NCBI GenBank assembly: GCA_965262735.1
Contig: CBDHFS010000002.1
Span: forward strand, 1,143,217-1,207,216
Length of the DNA stretch: 64,000 nt
Source: Dehalococcoidia bacterium
Lineage (GTDB): Bacteria; Chloroflexota; Dehalococcoidia; Lucifugimonadales; UBA3495
Direction: 5' to 3'
Position 1 is the first letter of the stretch, and every line of letters starts with the position of its first letter. Positions 35,513-44,710 of this stretch are shown here, in pieces. Below the pieces are notes generated by a model. That model searched no databases, had not been told where the DNA came from, and saw nothing but the letters and a program-made list of their open reading frames with translations. Position numbers and translations under genes: made by a program.

Positions 35513-36499
35513 ATGGCTAAGGATTATACGATTTTCGTAGGCAGCGTCGGCGGCGGACTGTCTTACAGCCCCGACGGCGGCGAGAGCTGGAACCGGGTCC
35601 GCGACCCCCTGCCCTCGGAGTGCAACATCAGGGCGCTGACAGTCTATCCTAATGACCCCCACCGGGTAATCGCCGGGTCAGACCTGGGACTCTTCCGCAG
35701 CAACGACAACGGCGGCGCTTGGGAGCATATCGAGTCCCCCCTGGACGACGGCATTCAGACTTGGTCGGTCACCGTCGACCCGGAGGACAGCGATACCATT
35801 TTCGTCGGCGCCCGCCCCGACGCCTACCGCTCCCGGGACGGCGGCAAGTCCTGGGACCACCTGGACATCGGCGTAACCATCCCCTGTCCGGTGGGCATCC
35901 CCCGCACCACCAACGTCATCGTAGACCCCCGCGACCACCGCACCATCTGGGCCGGCATCGAGGTTGACGGCGTGTACAAGAGCCTGGACGGCGGGGACAA
36001 CTGGGTCCATCTGCCAGACCTGGGACCCGACCCCTTCCACGGGGACGTCCACGGCATGGCCATCAAGCCGGGCCGGGAGACCTCGGTTTACGTTACCAGT
36101 CCCTTCGGCATCGCCACCAGCACCGATGAAGGCGAGTCTTGGGATTACCACGAGTTCCCCAAGTTCAATGAGAACGATGCCCGCTCCTACTGCCGGGGCG
36201 TGGCTCTGAAGGCCGACGACCCCAACACCATGTTCGTGGGCAACGGCGACTCCATCCCCGGCCTGACGGGCACCATCCGACGGAGCAAGGACGGGGGCAA
36301 GAGCTGGGACGAGGCCCCGCTGCCGGTGTCCCCCAACTCGGTGGTCTACTGGTTCGGCACCCACGCCGAGCGGCCCAACGTAATCGCCGCCGCCAGCATC
36401 TACGGCTACCTCTACGTCAGCGAGGACGGCGGGGAGTCGTGGAACAAGTTGAAGAAGGAATTCGGCGAGGTCCGCACCTTGGCCGTAACCCCCAATTAG
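35513..36499 (+). CDS. BNR/Asp-box repeat beta-propeller protein (Ycf48/sialidase-like)
   Basis: Seven SxDxGxxW Asp-box repeats (SPDGGESW, SNDNGGAW, SRDGGKSW, SLDGGDNW, STDEGESW, SKDGGKSW, SEDGGESW). Confidence 0.75.
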   Translation: MAKDYTIFVGSVGGGLSYSPDGGESWNRVRDPLPSECNIRALTVYPNDPHRVIAGSDLGLFRSNDNGGAWEHIESPLDDGIQTWSVTVDPEDSDTIFVGARPDAYRSRDGGKSWDHLDIGVTIPCPVGIPRTTNVIVDPRDHRTIWAGIEVDGVYKSLDGGDNWVHLPDLGPDPFHGDVHGMAIKPGRETSVYVTSPFGIATSTDEGESWDYHEFPKFNENDARSYCRGVALKADDPNTMFVGNGDSIPGLTGTIRRSKDGGKSWDEAPLPVSPNSVVYWFGTHAERPNVIAAASIYGYLYVSEDGGESWNKLKKEFGEVRTLAVTPN

Positions 36500-36628
36500 C
36501 CCGCGCTGACACCGTCAGTCAGACGCTTGGTGCATTTCCGGTGGTGGAGGAACTGTCCTCCACCACCGTTTTAGCCCTGCCAACGGGCGGTCAATGCCTG
36601 TATAATACGGGCGGAGGGAAGAAATTCC

Positions 36629-37153
36629 GTGACCATCGAACTGCCGCCGCCTCGCTCCAACGATATTGACGCCCACGCGGCGATGAGCCATCGGTTTATT
36701 GACCAAGCCAGGGACGAGTTGCGACGCGGAGACCGCCTGCAAGCCTCTGAAAAGCTCTGGGGCGCCGCGGCGCACGCGCTCAAGGCTGTTGCAATTCAGC
36801 GCGGGTGGCAGCACACAGAACACCGGAACATTCACAGTATTGCCATTCAATTGGGCAACGAATTTGGCCGTCCCGACTTTGAGACGAAGATCCACGTTGC
36901 CAACTCGTTCCACATCAACTTTTACGAGAACGTGGAAGAGGAAGACAGTATCCGCTGGGCCATAGGCGAGGTCGAAAGCTTGGTTGCCGACCTGGAAGAG
37001 GTACGATCTTCGGAACCAAGACCCTTCACTGTTGCCAACGAGTCTGACCGGAACCGGGTGGCGCACCTGCTGGGCCTGCGCCGGAGCGAACGGCCCGACA
37101 TCGGCGCCCGCTCCGAGGTTGGATTCAGTAAAACCCATCGGGAAGATAATTAA
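36629..37153 (+). CDS. All-alpha PaREP1/HEPN-like domain protein (tentative)
   Basis: 174 aa with a GTG start. ASEKLWGAAAHALKAVAIQRGW..H resembles the PaREP1-type helix pair as I recall it. No Rx4-6H motif seen. Confidence 0.4.
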   Translation: MTIELPPPRSNDIDAHAAMSHRFIDQARDELRRGDRLQASEKLWGAAAHALKAVAIQRGWQHTEHRNIHSIAIQLGNEFGRPDFETKIHVANSFHINFYENVEEEDSIRWAIGEVESLVADLEEVRSSEPRPFTVANESDRNRVAHLLGLRRSERPDIGARSEVGFSKTHREDN

Positions 37154-37165
37154 GGAGTTGTAGTC

Positions 37166-38089
37166 GTGAAGCTCGTGTTTTTTGATGATTTCAAGCTGGG
37201 TGTGGTCAAGGGGGACTCGGTGGTGGACGTAAGCGCCGCCGTCAGCGGCCTTCCCCACACCTCGCCCCAGGACCTGCTGAACCGTCTGGTCGAGAACTTT
37301 GACCAGCACCGCGGCGCATTGGAGGCGGTGGTCAACGAACAGCCCGGGGTCCCAGCCAATTCTCTCCGCCTCCGCTCTCCGGTGCCCAAGCCCAACAACA
37401 TCGTGGCCATGGCGGTCAACTACATGGAGGACGGCACCCGGGCCGAACCGGCGCCCATCAACGCCTTCCACAAGTCGGGGAACGCGGTCATCGGCAACGG
37501 CGACACCATGGTCCTGCCCGACGTCCCCGCCACCATTTTCGAGGGCGAGGCCGAAATGGCCTTTGTCATCGGCAAGACCGCCAGCATGGTCAAAGCCGAG
37601 GACGCCTACGACTACATATTCGGCTACCTTAACTTCATTGACGGGTCGGCCCGCGGCCTGCCGCCCGCCGGCAACACCTTCTATCAGATGAAGTCGCGGG
37701 AAACCTTCGCGCCCATGGGGCCATGGCTGGTCACTGGCGACGAGATCGCCGACCCCCTGAACCTGCAAGTGCAGCTGACGGTCAACGGAGAAGTCAAGCA
37801 GAACTTCAACACCAACGACATGGCCCACCAAATTCCCCGCGTGGTCGAATGGGTTACGTCCATCCACACCCTGCACCCCGGCGACGTCATCGCCACCGGG
37901 ACCAACCACCGGGGTCTCAGCGCCTTCCAGGACGGCGACGAGATTACCCTGTCGGTTGAGGGACTGGGCACCCTGAGCTTCAACGTTCACGACGACCTGA
38001 AGCGGACTTGGGGTCGGGATACCCGTCTTGACCGCATGGATGCGGGACTGGAAGGGACTACGCCCCAACTGACGGGCAAGTACGCATAG
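37166..38089 (+). CDS. Fumarylacetoacetate hydrolase (FAH) family protein
   Basis: EGEAEMAFVIGK...GYLNFIDGSAR...FAPMGPWLVT. Confidence 0.85.
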   Translation: MKLVFFDDFKLGVVKGDSVVDVSAAVSGLPHTSPQDLLNRLVENFDQHRGALEAVVNEQPGVPANSLRLRSPVPKPNNIVAMAVNYMEDGTRAEPAPINAFHKSGNAVIGNGDTMVLPDVPATIFEGEAEMAFVIGKTASMVKAEDAYDYIFGYLNFIDGSARGLPPAGNTFYQMKSRETFAPMGPWLVTGDEIADPLNLQVQLTVNGEVKQNFNTNDMAHQIPRVVEWVTSIHTLHPGDVIATGTNHRGLSAFQDGDEITLSVEGLGTLSFNVHDDLKRTWGRDTRLDRMDAGLEGTTPQLTGKYA

Positions 38090-38102
38090 CCCATAGCCAG
38101 CA

Positions 38103-38870
38103 TTGACCTCAGCTTCCGTGTCGAACCTTGCCGGCAAGCTGGTGACGGCGACCTGGCGAGACCTGGCGGTTCTCGCCTACGAAGCAGACTCCGGCGCGCT
38201 GCAACAGCGGCTGCCCCGGGGTCTTTCGCTGGACTTATGGCAGGGCAAATGCCTGGTCAGCCTGGTGGGGCTCCGGTTCCTCAACTCTAAAGTCCTGGGG
38301 ATTCCCCTGCCCTTTTTCGGCAGCTATCCGGAGGTCAACTTCCGGTTTTACGTGCGGAGGGACGCCGGTCAAGAGTTGCGGCACGGCGTGGTGTTCATCC
38401 GGCAAGTGGTCCCACACCGCCTGACTGCCCTGACCGCCCGGCTAATCTATCACGAGCAGTTTGCCGCCATGAAGCTGAGTTGCTCCGCCGGGATCAATTC
38501 GGGGGAAGCTCCAGCCGGTGGCAGCAGTCTGCCCCGGGTTGAATACGGTTGGAGCGGCCACGGCGGCGAAGGACACATGGCGGTCTGGGACTTGCAGCCG
38601 CCGGCCCTGCCCCAGCCGGATTCGATTGAGGAATTCGTGACCCAGAGGCATTGGGGATACGGCGCCCAACCCGACGGCTCCACGCTGGAATACCGGGTAT
38701 CCCGGCCAACGTGGGAGGTCAGCCAAGCCAGACAATCCGCATTGGGAAGCACGGGGGAGCCTTGGTTCGGAGCGGAGTTTGACCATGCCCTTCGCGGGAC
38801 TCCAATCTGCGCCCTGTATGCTCAAGGCTCCGAGGCGTCAATCCACCGGGGGGTCAAGTTGCGTCAGTGA
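38103..38870 (+). CDS. DUF2071 (YqjF-like) family protein
   Basis: TWRDLAVLAYE...VSLVGLRFLNSKVLGIPLPFFGSYPEVNFRFYVR is the pattern I associate with DUF2071. Confidence 0.5.
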   Translation: MTSASVSNLAGKLVTATWRDLAVLAYEADSGALQQRLPRGLSLDLWQGKCLVSLVGLRFLNSKVLGIPLPFFGSYPEVNFRFYVRRDAGQELRHGVVFIRQVVPHRLTALTARLIYHEQFAAMKLSCSAGINSGEAPAGGSSLPRVEYGWSGHGGEGHMAVWDLQPPALPQPDSIEEFVTQRHWGYGAQPDGSTLEYRVSRPTWEVSQARQSALGSTGEPWFGAEFDHALRGTPICALYAQGSEASIHRGVKLRQ

Positions 38871-38979
38871 TATTAGTGATAACCCTCGGCGGCGCGGTTT
38901 CGGGACAGACTCGCGGGAGTCTCGCCCGAGAATCTGTTCACTCTACCGCCAACAGGGCCTCAAGGTCGCAGGTAAGGGT

Positions 38980-39246
38980 CTAAAGATTGGTTTCAATCAC
39001 GTTCCAAACCAACCGGTTATCGACATTGGCATAACCGTGAATCAGAATGTTTCGGAACGCGATGATGCGTTGGTAACCGCTAATTCGTCCCGCCGTCTCC
39101 TGGTCGATACTCGCCAGCTTGGACATTGCTTCGCCGATGATCTCGAATTCCCGCTCCACAGCTGCGCGCAGCATCTCGTCGAGTTCGCAATCCCCGAAGG
39201 TCTTGCGGGCGGTGAACCTGGCAACAAGCACAGCGGCACGCTGCAT
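38980..39246 (-). CDS. hepT: HepT-type HEPN (DUF86) toxin
   Basis: EIIGEA...RNILIHGY (Rx4H). Immediately downstream of an MNT gene. The N-terminus looks about 10 aa short and no canonical upstream start exists in frame. Confidence 0.75.
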   Translation of the reverse strand: MQRAAVLVARFTARKTFGDCELDEMLRAAVEREFEIIGEAMSKLASIDQETAGRISGYQRIIAFRNILIHGYANVDNRLVWNVIETNL

Positions 39247-39268
39247 GTCGTGAAGATGCTTTTTGGTC

Positions 39269-39577
39269 TCAAGCCTCGTAAACTGGCTTCTTGGTCTCTT
39301 CCACCGACTGCAGAAGGTACGGGTTGGTTATAGTCGAACCGACAACCAAGTCCACGGGTTTGCCAAAAAGCTGCTCCAGGGCTTCCAGCAAACCGAAGTA
39401 GGTGTCTGCGTACGCGGGTAACGCCTCCGGCAGGAACTCAACCACGAAGTCCATGTCGCTTTTTTGTGCGTCATACTCTCCCATGGCGGCCGAGCCGAAG
39501 AGGTCTAGCCGATGTACATGAAAATGCCGGCAAAGACGTCTCAGTTCTGGGCCTTGCTTGTGTATAGTTGGGGTCAC
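39269..39577 (-). CDS. mntA: MntA-type minimal nucleotidyltransferase antitoxin
   Basis: LFGSAAMGEYDAQKSDMDFVV (GS...DxD). Confidence 0.8.
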   Translation of the reverse strand: MTPTIHKQGPELRRLCRHFHVHRLDLFGSAAMGEYDAQKSDMDFVVEFLPEALPAYADTYFGLLEALEQLFGKPVDLVVGSTITNPYLLQSVEETKKPVYEA

Positions 39578-39612
39578 AATGTGTCCTCTTGCACAACCAA
39601 TCCCCCGCGGGC

Positions 39613-40482
39613 CTAATAGTCCGCGGCCGCGCGGCTAATGACCAACATCCGGTCCATCTGCGCCAGGTCCTTTTCCACCGAGACCTCGGCATCGGGGAAC
39701 AATTCCAAGGCCCTCCGCGTGACCGGAGCCACCTGCTCCGGGTCCAGCTCCAGCAAAATGATGCCGTGCTCCTTGAGCTTGCCAGCGGCGGCCTGCCGGA
39801 GCAGACGATCAATCAAGTCCAACCCCTCGGGACCGCCGTCCAGCGCGCTAGCGGGTTCCCACTGGATTTCCGGCTGAAGGGTCGGAATGCGCTCGGTGGG
39901 CAGGTAGGGCAGGTTGGCCACCACCAGATCCACCGGCTCCGGTAGCGGCTCCAGCAAGTCACCCTTCAGCAAGGTAACCCGGTCGGCCACGTTGTGCGAC
40001 TGCACGTTGTAGTTGGTCACGTCAAGCACCGGGTCAGCGTTGTCAATAGCGTAAATTCGGGCTGCCGCCAGGTGGATCGCCAGGTTGACGGCCACCGCCC
40101 CGGTGCCGGTGCCAACGTCGGCGATGACCAGCTCCGGGGTCTCCATTCCCATCAACGCCATGAACAAGGCGTGTTCCACCAGGGACTCGGTTTCCGGTCG
40201 GGGAATCAACACGTCGGCGTTGACCAGCAGGTTAATGCCGTAGAACTCCCGGTACCCCAGGATGTAGGCTAGGGGTTCGCGCTTTAACCGCCGCTGGATG
40301 ATTTGAGACAAGGTCTCTTCCTGGGCGGGAGCGACTTCGGTTTCCTGCTGGGAGAACAGCGCGGAGCGGGGCATACGCATCACGTTCATCACCATCACCT
40401 CGGCCTCCAGCCGGGCGTCGGGGATGTCCGAGGCTTCCAGGGTGCGGTGAGTCTGCTGGATGACCTGGCGTAGAGACGGCAT
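39613..40482 (-). CDS. prmC: Release-factor glutamine N5-methyltransferase
   Basis: DVGTGTGAVA SAM motif and VANLPY (NPPY variant). Directly downstream of prfA. Confidence 0.8.
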   Translation of the reverse strand: MPSLRQVIQQTHRTLEASDIPDARLEAEVMVMNVMRMPRSALFSQQETEVAPAQEETLSQIIQRRLKREPLAYILGYREFYGINLLVNADVLIPRPETESLVEHALFMALMGMETPELVIADVGTGTGAVAVNLAIHLAAARIYAIDNADPVLDVTNYNVQSHNVADRVTLLKGDLLEPLPEPVDLVVANLPYLPTERIPTLQPEIQWEPASALDGGPEGLDLIDRLLRQAAAGKLKEHGIILLELDPEQVAPVTRRALELFPDAEVSVEKDLAQMDRMLVISRAAADY

Positions 40483-40490
40483 GACCGCGG

Positions 40491-41570
40491 CTAGGCGATG
40501 CCTTCGCCAAGCAGTTGGGTCTGTTCGTGGGACACCAGCGCGTCAATTACGTCGTTCAGGTCGCCGTCCATCACTCGCTGCACTGGGTGGAAGCTGGACG
40601 AAATGCGGTGGTCGGTGATGCGGTCCTGGGGGTAGTTATAGGTGCGGATTTTCTCGGAGCGTTCGGCAGTCCCAACCTGCGCCTTGCGGTTCTGGCTGAT
40701 TTCAGCGTCGTGGCGCTCCTGCTCAGCTTCGAACAGCCGGGCGCGCAGCATGGCCATTGCCTTTTGCTTGTTCTTGTGCTGGGAGCGCTCGTCTTGACAA
40801 ACCACCACCACGCCAGTGGGTTCGTAGACGATGCGTACGGCGGTAGCAACCTTGTTGACGTTCTGGCCGCCGTGGCCGCCGGCGTGAAAAATGTCGATGC
40901 GCAGGTCTTCGGGATTGATTTTCAGCTCAACCTCGTCGGCCTCGGGCAAGACCGCGACGGTGGCCGTGGAGGTGTGAATCCTTCCCTGGGCCTCAGTGTC
41001 CGGAACCCGCTGCACCCGGTGGACGCCGCGTTCATACTTGAGGCGGCTGAAAGCGCCCTTGCCCTGTATCTCGAAGACAATCTTGTTGAACCCGCCCAAG
41101 TCCGACGGGTTGGAGTCCATTACCTCGACTTGCCAGTGTTGCAGTTGGGCATAACGCGAGTACAGGCGGTACAGGTCGGCAGCGAAAAGGCTGGCCTCCT
41201 GCCCACCGGTCCCGGAGCGGATTTCGACAATCACGTCCCGTTCGTCGTTGGGGTCCTTGGGCAGCAACGCGATTCTAAGGGTTTGGCCTAACTCTTCAAT
41301 CCCACTGTCGGCGGCCTCCAGCTCTTCCCGGGCCATTGCCGTCAATTCGGGATCGCCGCCTTCGCCCACCAACGCACGGAGATCTCCCTGCTCCTGGGTT
41401 AGAGTCTCGTACCGCCGAGCGATGCCGACTAAGTCTTCCAGGGTGGCCCGCTCCTTGGCCAATTCCTGTACTCTCTCGAAATTGACCGCAACCTCAGGCC
41501 GGCCCATTTCGGCTTCGATTTCTTCATGGCGGCGGACGATGGGATTTAGCTTGTCGAAGATGGAACTCAT
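40491..41570 (-). CDS. prfA: Peptide chain release factor 1
   Basis: RVQRVPDTEAQGRIHTS (PxT region) and HAGGHGGQNVNKV (GGQ). Confidence 0.95.
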   Translation of the reverse strand: MSSIFDKLNPIVRRHEEIEAEMGRPEVAVNFERVQELAKERATLEDLVGIARRYETLTQEQGDLRALVGEGGDPELTAMAREELEAADSGIEELGQTLRIALLPKDPNDERDVIVEIRSGTGGQEASLFAADLYRLYSRYAQLQHWQVEVMDSNPSDLGGFNKIVFEIQGKGAFSRLKYERGVHRVQRVPDTEAQGRIHTSTATVAVLPEADEVELKINPEDLRIDIFHAGGHGGQNVNKVATAVRIVYEPTGVVVVCQDERSQHKNKQKAMAMLRARLFEAEQERHDAEISQNRKAQVGTAERSEKIRTYNYPQDRITDHRISSSFHPVQRVMDGDLNDVIDALVSHEQTQLLGEGIA

Positions 41571-41856
41571 GGCTGTCAGCTTCGGTTACCAAGTAAATTT
41601 TTCGTGGACGGCGGCCAGCCGCCGCTAAGGTTAGTTTATCCCATTCTCCGGCCAGTAACAACTGGTTGCAACAGTAACAACGATAATTCACCGCTCCTTA
41701 TATCGCCAAAAACCACCGGGAACGCAGAATGATTGCCAAGTCTGTCGGGGGTGGGCACCCTGAGCCGGTCTAACCAAGGCAAGCCAGCACAAGCCAGCCC
41801 TCCGGCGAAGCGACGGCGAAGCTACGAAGGAGCCATCCAATTATCCTCATGCCGGC

Positions 41857-42585
41857 TCATGCCGGGGTTCCTGGCTTGGTCCCGTAGTGGAGGGCGACAG
41901 TCCCGAACCCCAGGGACAAATATCCCACGTCCACCAGGCCGACCTGCCGGAACAACTCCGCCAGGCGGTTGGCTTCCAGGAAGTAGTCCACCGACTCGGG
42001 AAGGTAGGTATAGGCCGTGCGGTCTCCCACAATCAACTGCCCTATCAAAGGGACCAAGCCGTGAAAGTACAGCCGGAAGAACCTCGCCCGTAATCCCCGG
42101 CCCATAGGCGTCAGTTCCAGGGTGGTAACCCGGCCGCCGGGCTGCACCACCCGGACCATCTCCGCCAGGGCCTGGGGCAGGTCGGGCATATTGCGCAGGC
42201 TAAACCCGGCGGTGGCGCAGGCGAAGCAGCCGTCCGGGAAGGGCAGGGACAGGGCGTCGCCGGCCAGCAATGTAACGCCGCCGCTCAGTCCCTTGTCCCG
42301 GGACTTGGTACGGCCCACTGCCAGCATCTCCGGCAGCAAGTCAACCCCGACTGCGTGACTGACTCCCGGACGCCGGGCTAACGCCAGGGCGAGGTCTGCG
42401 GTTCCAGTGGCGACGTCCAGCGCGATCCCCTGAAGGCCCTGAGCGGTCAGCGCGGCCGTCTTCCGTTTCCAACGATGGTGCATCCCCCCGGTCATCAGGG
42501 TATTCATCAGGTCGTACCGGGGAGATATGCGGGCAAACAGGTCGGCGACGTACTGCTGCTTGGCCGGTCCGCTCAGCTGCGCCAT
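41857..42585 (-). CDS. ubiE: Demethylmenaquinone/ubiquinone methyltransferase
   Basis: FARISPRYDLMNTLMTGGMHHRWK...DVATGTADLA. Confidence 0.85.
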   Translation of the reverse strand: MAQLSGPAKQQYVADLFARISPRYDLMNTLMTGGMHHRWKRKTAALTAQGLQGIALDVATGTADLALALARRPGVSHAVGVDLLPEMLAVGRTKSRDKGLSGGVTLLAGDALSLPFPDGCFACATAGFSLRNMPDLPQALAEMVRVVQPGGRVTTLELTPMGRGLRARFFRLYFHGLVPLIGQLIVGDRTAYTYLPESVDYFLEANRLAELFRQVGLVDVGYLSLGFGTVALHYGTKPGTPA

Positions 42586-42609
42586 GTCGACAACTCAACC
42601 AACCGACGG

Positions 42610-43212
42610 CTAGGCGTCGCTGCGGTCCCGGTATTGCAGGTCCTCGGGCAGTTGGTCGGCAACGCCCAAAGACACCAGGATTCGCTCGACGAAGTAACGC
42701 ACGATGTCATCCACGGAATTGGGATGCAAGTAGAATGCGGGAACCGGGGGCAGCATGGTCACGCCCATGCGGGAAAGGGTGAGCATATTTTCCAGGTGGA
42801 TGCTGTGGACCGGGGTTTCCCGGGGCACCAGCACCAACCGCCGGCTCTCCTTCAGGCAAACGTCGGCGGCCCGCAGCAGCAGGTTGTTGGACACGCCGTG
42901 GGCCAGCGCCGCCAAGCTGTTCATGCTGCACGGGACCACCACCATGCCGCCGGTGGCAAATGTACCGCTGGCGATGGGGGCCCGCAGGTCTTTGATGGGG
43001 TAGTAGGTGAAGGCCGGATGTTCCACCCACTCGGTCAGAGTGTCGTTGAAGGACTCTCCCAACTCGTCCTGCCAGACCAGCTTGCCGCCGTTGGAGCAAA
43101 CGCAGATGGTCGGGATGGCCCGACGCAGCAGTTCGTCCACGGTGCGGCGGGCCATGATGGCGCCGCTGCCCCCGGAGATGCCGACGATGATGGGTTTGAC
43201 CGTGTTTGGCAT
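42610..43212 (-). CDS. ubiX: Flavin prenyltransferase UbiX
   Basis: Start set at MPNTVKPIIVGISGGSG. PCSMNSLAALAHG. Confidence 0.85.
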   Translation of the reverse strand: MPNTVKPIIVGISGGSGAIMARRTVDELLRRAIPTICVCSNGGKLVWQDELGESFNDTLTEWVEHPAFTYYPIKDLRAPIASGTFATGGMVVVPCSMNSLAALAHGVSNNLLLRAADVCLKESRRLVLVPRETPVHSIHLENMLTLSRMGVTMLPPVPAFYLHPNSVDDIVRYFVERILVSLGVADQLPEDLQYRDRSDA

Positions 43213-43419
43213 CCGTCTTGGACTCCAGCCGCCGCACCCGGAAGAGGGGCAGCGAATTTGTCCACCGCCGGGTTTGGCCCGGCGGGGATGGTCTTGAACA
43301 GGCAAACGCCCCGATGCTTTCCTTGCAACTCGGGGCGCAGCGCAAGGCAACTTGTCTCAACGCTGCGCCCGCTTCGTGCGAGGGGATACGTCGGGGCGTG
43401 TAGGTTAGCCGGTTGAATC

Positions 43420-43866
43420 CTAGTCGAGCACCAACTCCCGGTTCTGGCGGGAGGGAGCGCCCATCATTGCCAAGCCTTCTTCGGCCTCGGTGTTGTTGCA
43501 GAAGAACTCGATGCGGTTGCCGTCGGGGTCGAAGAAGTAGATGCTGGAGGTCATGCCGTGGTCGGTGTTGCGGTCCAGGTTGGCCCCTGAGGCCTTGAGT
43601 TCCTGGTAGACGTCTTTCAAGTCATCCAGGTCTGCTACCTGAACGGCGAAGTGGTTCAGGCCCAACTGACCCTCGGTCACCGGCAGGGCGCCTTCGGGGG
43701 CCTGGAACAGGGCCAGGTCATGGTGAATCTTGCCGCAGGTCAGAAAGGTGCCGGTGGGCCGAGACAGGGAGATCTCGAACCCCAGGACGTCGGTGTAGAA
43801 CTTGGTGGATGCGTCCAAGTCCTTGACGTTCAGCACCAGATGACCAACTCTCTTGGGTTTTGCCAT
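43420..43866 (-). CDS. VOC family protein (glyoxalase/dioxygenase fold)
   Basis: VGHLVLNVKD...HHDLAL...GLNHFAVQV...IYFFDPDGNRIE. Confidence 0.8.
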   Translation of the reverse strand: MAKPKRVGHLVLNVKDLDASTKFYTDVLGFEISLSRPTGTFLTCGKIHHDLALFQAPEGALPVTEGQLGLNHFAVQVADLDDLKDVYQELKASGANLDRNTDHGMTSSIYFFDPDGNRIEFFCNNTEAEEGLAMMGAPSRQNRELVLD

Positions 43867-44053
43867 TTGGTCCCTCCTTTAGAGTGGCGTCACAAGCAGA
43901 CCGCAGGGGGCCTTATGACCGCCTGAAATTCACCCGAGTATACGCCGGAAACCGCCGGTTGCCAAGGGTTGGCAGGGAGCGATGACAGGGCAAGCGCCTC
44001 ATAAATTCGGCGCTTTATTTGGCACCTCTCTCGTTGGGGCTGCGGTCCAATCT

Positions 44054-44430
44054 GCCGGAGTTTGGGGACGGCCCTTGGGGAACCACGGGCATGGGAAGCG
44101 AAAAGTCCGAGAATACACGACAAAAGGCGACATTTGATGACATTTGAGCATGGAGCCGGAGGTTGTTTTGTCGCAGATTGTCGTGTCATTGTCCGATAAT
44201 GTCGCGGAAATGTCGCGTTTTGTCGCCTTTTTGTCGCCCCTTGAACGCTAGGCAAACGGGCCCACCGGGTTTGAGCATGGAAGTTTTTTTCTGTCCCATA
44301 TTGTCCCATTTACACTGGGTGCGATTGCCCCAGGAACCAGCGGGCAGCCCACTCCCAAGCCACAGAAATCTCCCAAGCCACAGAAATATGGTAGCGGGGA
44401 GATGCCGGTTTTGGAAAGGGGCAAGTGTCA
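44054..44430 (+). repeat. GACA/TGTC modular repeat element, copy B
   Basis: Same block order as copy A. Stems are ACACGACA(44115-22)/TGTCGTGT(44179-86) and GCGACA(44127-32)/TGTCGC(44169-74). Contains an 18-bp x2 tandem repeat at 44352-44387. Confidence 0.8.
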
Positions 44431-44437
44431 CAGGCAC

Positions 44438-44470
44438 GGAAGCCCTTCGAGGGCCTCAGGACGAACGGAT
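44438..44470 (+). repeat. REP-like family 2 copy
   Basis: GGAAGCCCTTCGAGGGCCTCAGGACGAACGGAT. Confidence 0.8.
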
Positions 44471-44540
44471 TAGATGGGCAGGGCAAACGGATTAAAAGGG
44501 GGAACTCGCAACGAGAACGAAAAGACCTCGGCCCACGTGG

Positions 44541-44710
44541 GTAACTGTCCAGGGTTGAGGGGAGCGGAGTGGCTGATGGCGGAATATGGGGGTTGGGTTA
44601 CGTTGGGGGATGAATCATCCAAACCCCCTGCCCCAAACCCCCTGAAAAAGTAGCGGTTGGATGAAAGCCTTGGCTGAAACCAATTTACCTCACCAAGTCT
44701 GGACAGTTAC
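44541..44710 (-). mobile_element. MITE-like element (long subfamily, inverted)
   Basis: Flanks are CCACGTGG and CCACGTTG (1 mismatch). Confidence 0.8.

Noticed and set aside
36515-38137. 540-aa minus-strand ORF.
   Set aside because: It lies antisense to the well-supported FAH gene and the PaREP1-like gene and has low-complexity G/V/A/R-rich composition. This is a typical shadow ORF in high-GC DNA.
40491-41570. Programmed frameshift in the release factor gene.
   Set aside because: The gene is RF1 (PxT-type region, uninterrupted 359-aa ORF). The +1 frameshift is a feature of prfB and does not occur in prfA.
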